A model generated the notes under the pieces. That model was not told where the DNA came from, ran no database searches, and saw only the letters and a list, made by a program, of their open reading frames with translations. 64,000 nt of DNA from an uncultured Chloroflexia bacterium. Lineage in GTDB: Bacteria > Chloroflexota > Limnocylindria > QHBO01. A program made the translations under genes and the position numbers. The stretch is from the NCBI GenBank assembly GCA_963825525.1, contig CAWGTN010000002.1:256001-320000 (forward strand), read 5' to 3'. Of this stretch, positions 62,446 through 64,000 are shown piece by piece (the first letter of the stretch is position 1; each line of letters opens with the position of its first letter).

Positions 62446-62634
62446 CAGGCTCAATCACCCGAAAAGACCATCGCGCAGCACGAATGGGTGGTGACGATCC
62501 ACGGATTCCGTGCTACGCTCATATGAGCAAACGCCCAAGCATGGGCAATCACAATCGCGGCAGCACGAACGCTCCTCTCACGGTCTTAACGGCGAGATGG
62601 CTCGCTGAGGCCGCGCAGAAGGAGTGTTTCTCTT

Positions 62635-62973
62635 TTGTTGACCTACGAAGACAAGACGCTGACGTGCGTCGACTGCGGAATGGAGTTCTCGTTCACCGCG
62701 AGCGACCAGCAGTTCTACGCTGACCGTCAGTTCAGCGAGCCGCGCCGATGCCCGGCCTGCCGGGCAGCCAAGAAGGCGGCCCGTGGCGAAAGCACCGGAA
62801 GCTACGGTGGCGGCGGTGGTGGTGGATACGGTGGCGGCGGTGGCGGCGGCTACAGCGATCGCCCGCGCGAGATGTTCAGCGCCACCTGCGACAGCTGTGG
62901 CAAGGAAGCTCGCGTTCCGTTCCGCCCGACCGGCACGAAGCCCGTCTATTGCAGCGACTGCTTCCGCCGCTAG
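62635..62973 (+). CDS. Zinc-ribbon / CxxC-x17-CxxC protein with Gly-rich linker
   Basis: DKTLTCVDCG..EPRRCPAC; CDSCG..VPFRP..PVYCSDCF; AGGAG RBS. Confidence 0.9.
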   Translation: MLTYEDKTLTCVDCGMEFSFTASDQQFYADRQFSEPRRCPACRAAKKAARGESTGSYGGGGGGGYGGGGGGGYSDRPREMFSATCDSCGKEARVPFRPTGTKPVYCSDCFRR

Positions 62974-62994
62974 ACGCAGCTCTGCGCACATCGC

Positions 62995-63030
62995 AAAACG
63001 ACCCGGTGGCTTCGGCCGCCGGGTCGTTTG
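62995..63030. terminator. Bidirectional intrinsic terminator
   Basis: 15-bp stem AAACGACCCGGTGGC / GCCGCCGGGTCGTTT with a C(UUCG)G loop between convergent genes. Confidence 0.85.
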
Positions 63031-63426
63031 TCATTTGCCGGCGGCCTTCAGCCCGTCGGCGGTTCCCCATGGGTCCGCCCACGGATACCGCCGACTCGCA
63101 ATTTCAAGTGCCTCGAGCATCCGGCCGCGTGCCGTGGCCAGCGCCTCCGAGGCCAGGGCCAGCTCTGCATCGTCGGCGTCCTTCTGCTCGGTCTCGGCAC
63201 GAATCGCCTGGGCCACGCGTCGGTATGCCTGGATGCCGTCGTTCGCGGATCGCGTGATCTGCCCCGTCGCCTGGCGGAGGTGCTTCAGCTGCTCCTCCGG
63301 CCGCGGTTCGGCGCGCAGCTGGCGGTCCAGGATGCCGCTCAGCTCCTCGATCCGCCGCGTGGCACGATCGATGGCCCGAAGGTCAGCTGAGCTTCGGCGG
63401 CTGAGGCGACTGCGAGATCGAATCAA
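63031..63426 (-). CDS. Hypothetical helical protein
   Basis: ORF ends at the terminator; TACCCT -10 lies 6 nt before the TTG start. Confidence 0.6.
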   Translation of the reverse strand: MIRSRSRLSRRSSADLRAIDRATRRIEELSGILDRQLRAEPRPEEQLKHLRQATGQITRSANDGIQAYRRVAQAIRAETEQKDADDAELALASEALATARGRMLEALEIASRRYPWADPWGTADGLKAAGK

Positions 63427-63465
63427 GCATCAAGGGTATCATCTCGCGCCGATTCCCTCGCCCGC

Positions 63466-64000
63466 TCAGCTTCGATGGCGCTCGATGAACCTGCCGGCAA
63501 CCCCATCGGGGTCATGGCCGGAGGTGAGGACGCGGACCGGCGCCCCGCGGACCTCGAAACCCTCGTACGGCGTGAAATCGCTCGTGTGATGGAGGTCGTC
63601 CTGGCGCAGGACGCGACTGGCATTCGGATCCCAGATCACGACATCGGCGTCCAGTCCGGGCTCGATGGCTCCCTTGCCGGGCAACCCGAACAGGCGCGCC
63701 GGTGTCGCCGACAGGACCTGCGCCATGCGGCCGATGCTGATTCGGCCGCGCGCCACGCCCTCCGAGTACACGATGCTGGTCAGCGTTTCGATGCCCGGCC
63801 CGCCGTTGCTGATCTCGGGGAATGGTCGCGCCGGGAGCCGCTTCTCGGTGTCGATGCGGTCCGGGACGTGATCGCTTCCGACCACGTCCAGGATCCCGTC
63901 ACGCAGCCCGCCCCACAGCGCGTCGATATCGGAGCGCGAGCGCAGTGGTGGGGAGATGACGCCCTTCATGACTTCCTGCTCGTCGTCGGAGGCGTACGCG
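63466..64000 (-). CDS. Cyclic amidohydrolase (dihydropyrimidinase/allantoinase family), 5' end outside the window
   Basis: SPPLR, GSDH, NGGPGIE, KGAIEPGLDADVVIWDP, FTPYEG. Confidence 0.88.
   Translation of the reverse strand, partial: AYASDDEQEVMKGVISPPLRSRSDIDALWGGLRDGILDVVGSDHVPDRIDTEKRLPARPFPEISNGGPGIETLTSIVYSEGVARGRISIGRMAQVLSATPARLFGLPGKGAIEPGLDADVVIWDPNASRVLRQDDLHHTSDFTPYEGFEVRGAPVRVLTSGHDPDGVAGRFIERHRS

Noticed and set aside
62800-62852. GGTGGCGGCGGT tandem repeat
   Set aside because: Simply encodes the Gly-rich linker YGGGGGGG twice.

Overview
High-GC bacterial chromosome segment with no rRNA, tRNA, CRISPR or intact mobile element visible. Gene content and style suggest a Terrabacteria member, most likely Chloroflexota; this is an inference. 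1-24.9 kb is a plus-strand core block: rpsB(partial)-tsf-pyrH-frr-uppS-cdsA-dxr-rseP, nusA-ylxR-infB-rbfA-DHH-truB-ribF, rpsO-pnp-udg-rnj-ftsK-rodZ-yajQ-cinA/pncC-murC. 24.9-36.5 kb is accessory: a shredded methyltransferase, pirin, an M14 peptidase with cell-wall-binding repeats, and an 8-GAF hybrid kinase/Hpt/receiver-cyclase phosphorelay. 36.5-53 kb is mostly minus strand (ruvB, NCS2 permease, queA, tgt, recA-recX, LLM oxidoreductase, rny-ymdB-miaA, hflX, a DUF6624-SpoU fusion) with a plus-strand GGDEF-EAL gene. 53-64 kb is a probable purine/N-heterocycle catabolism region. The standout is a polynucleotide phosphorylase carrying an in-frame, motif-complete DEDDh 3'-5' exonuclease domain between its first RNase PH domain and its helical domain, i.e. 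a candidate phosphorolytic plus hydrolytic nuclease in one chain. Several single-base frameshifts (hflX, aceB, M14 peptidase, udg start) are probably consensus errors. All family calls come from recognising motifs by eye; no database search was run.
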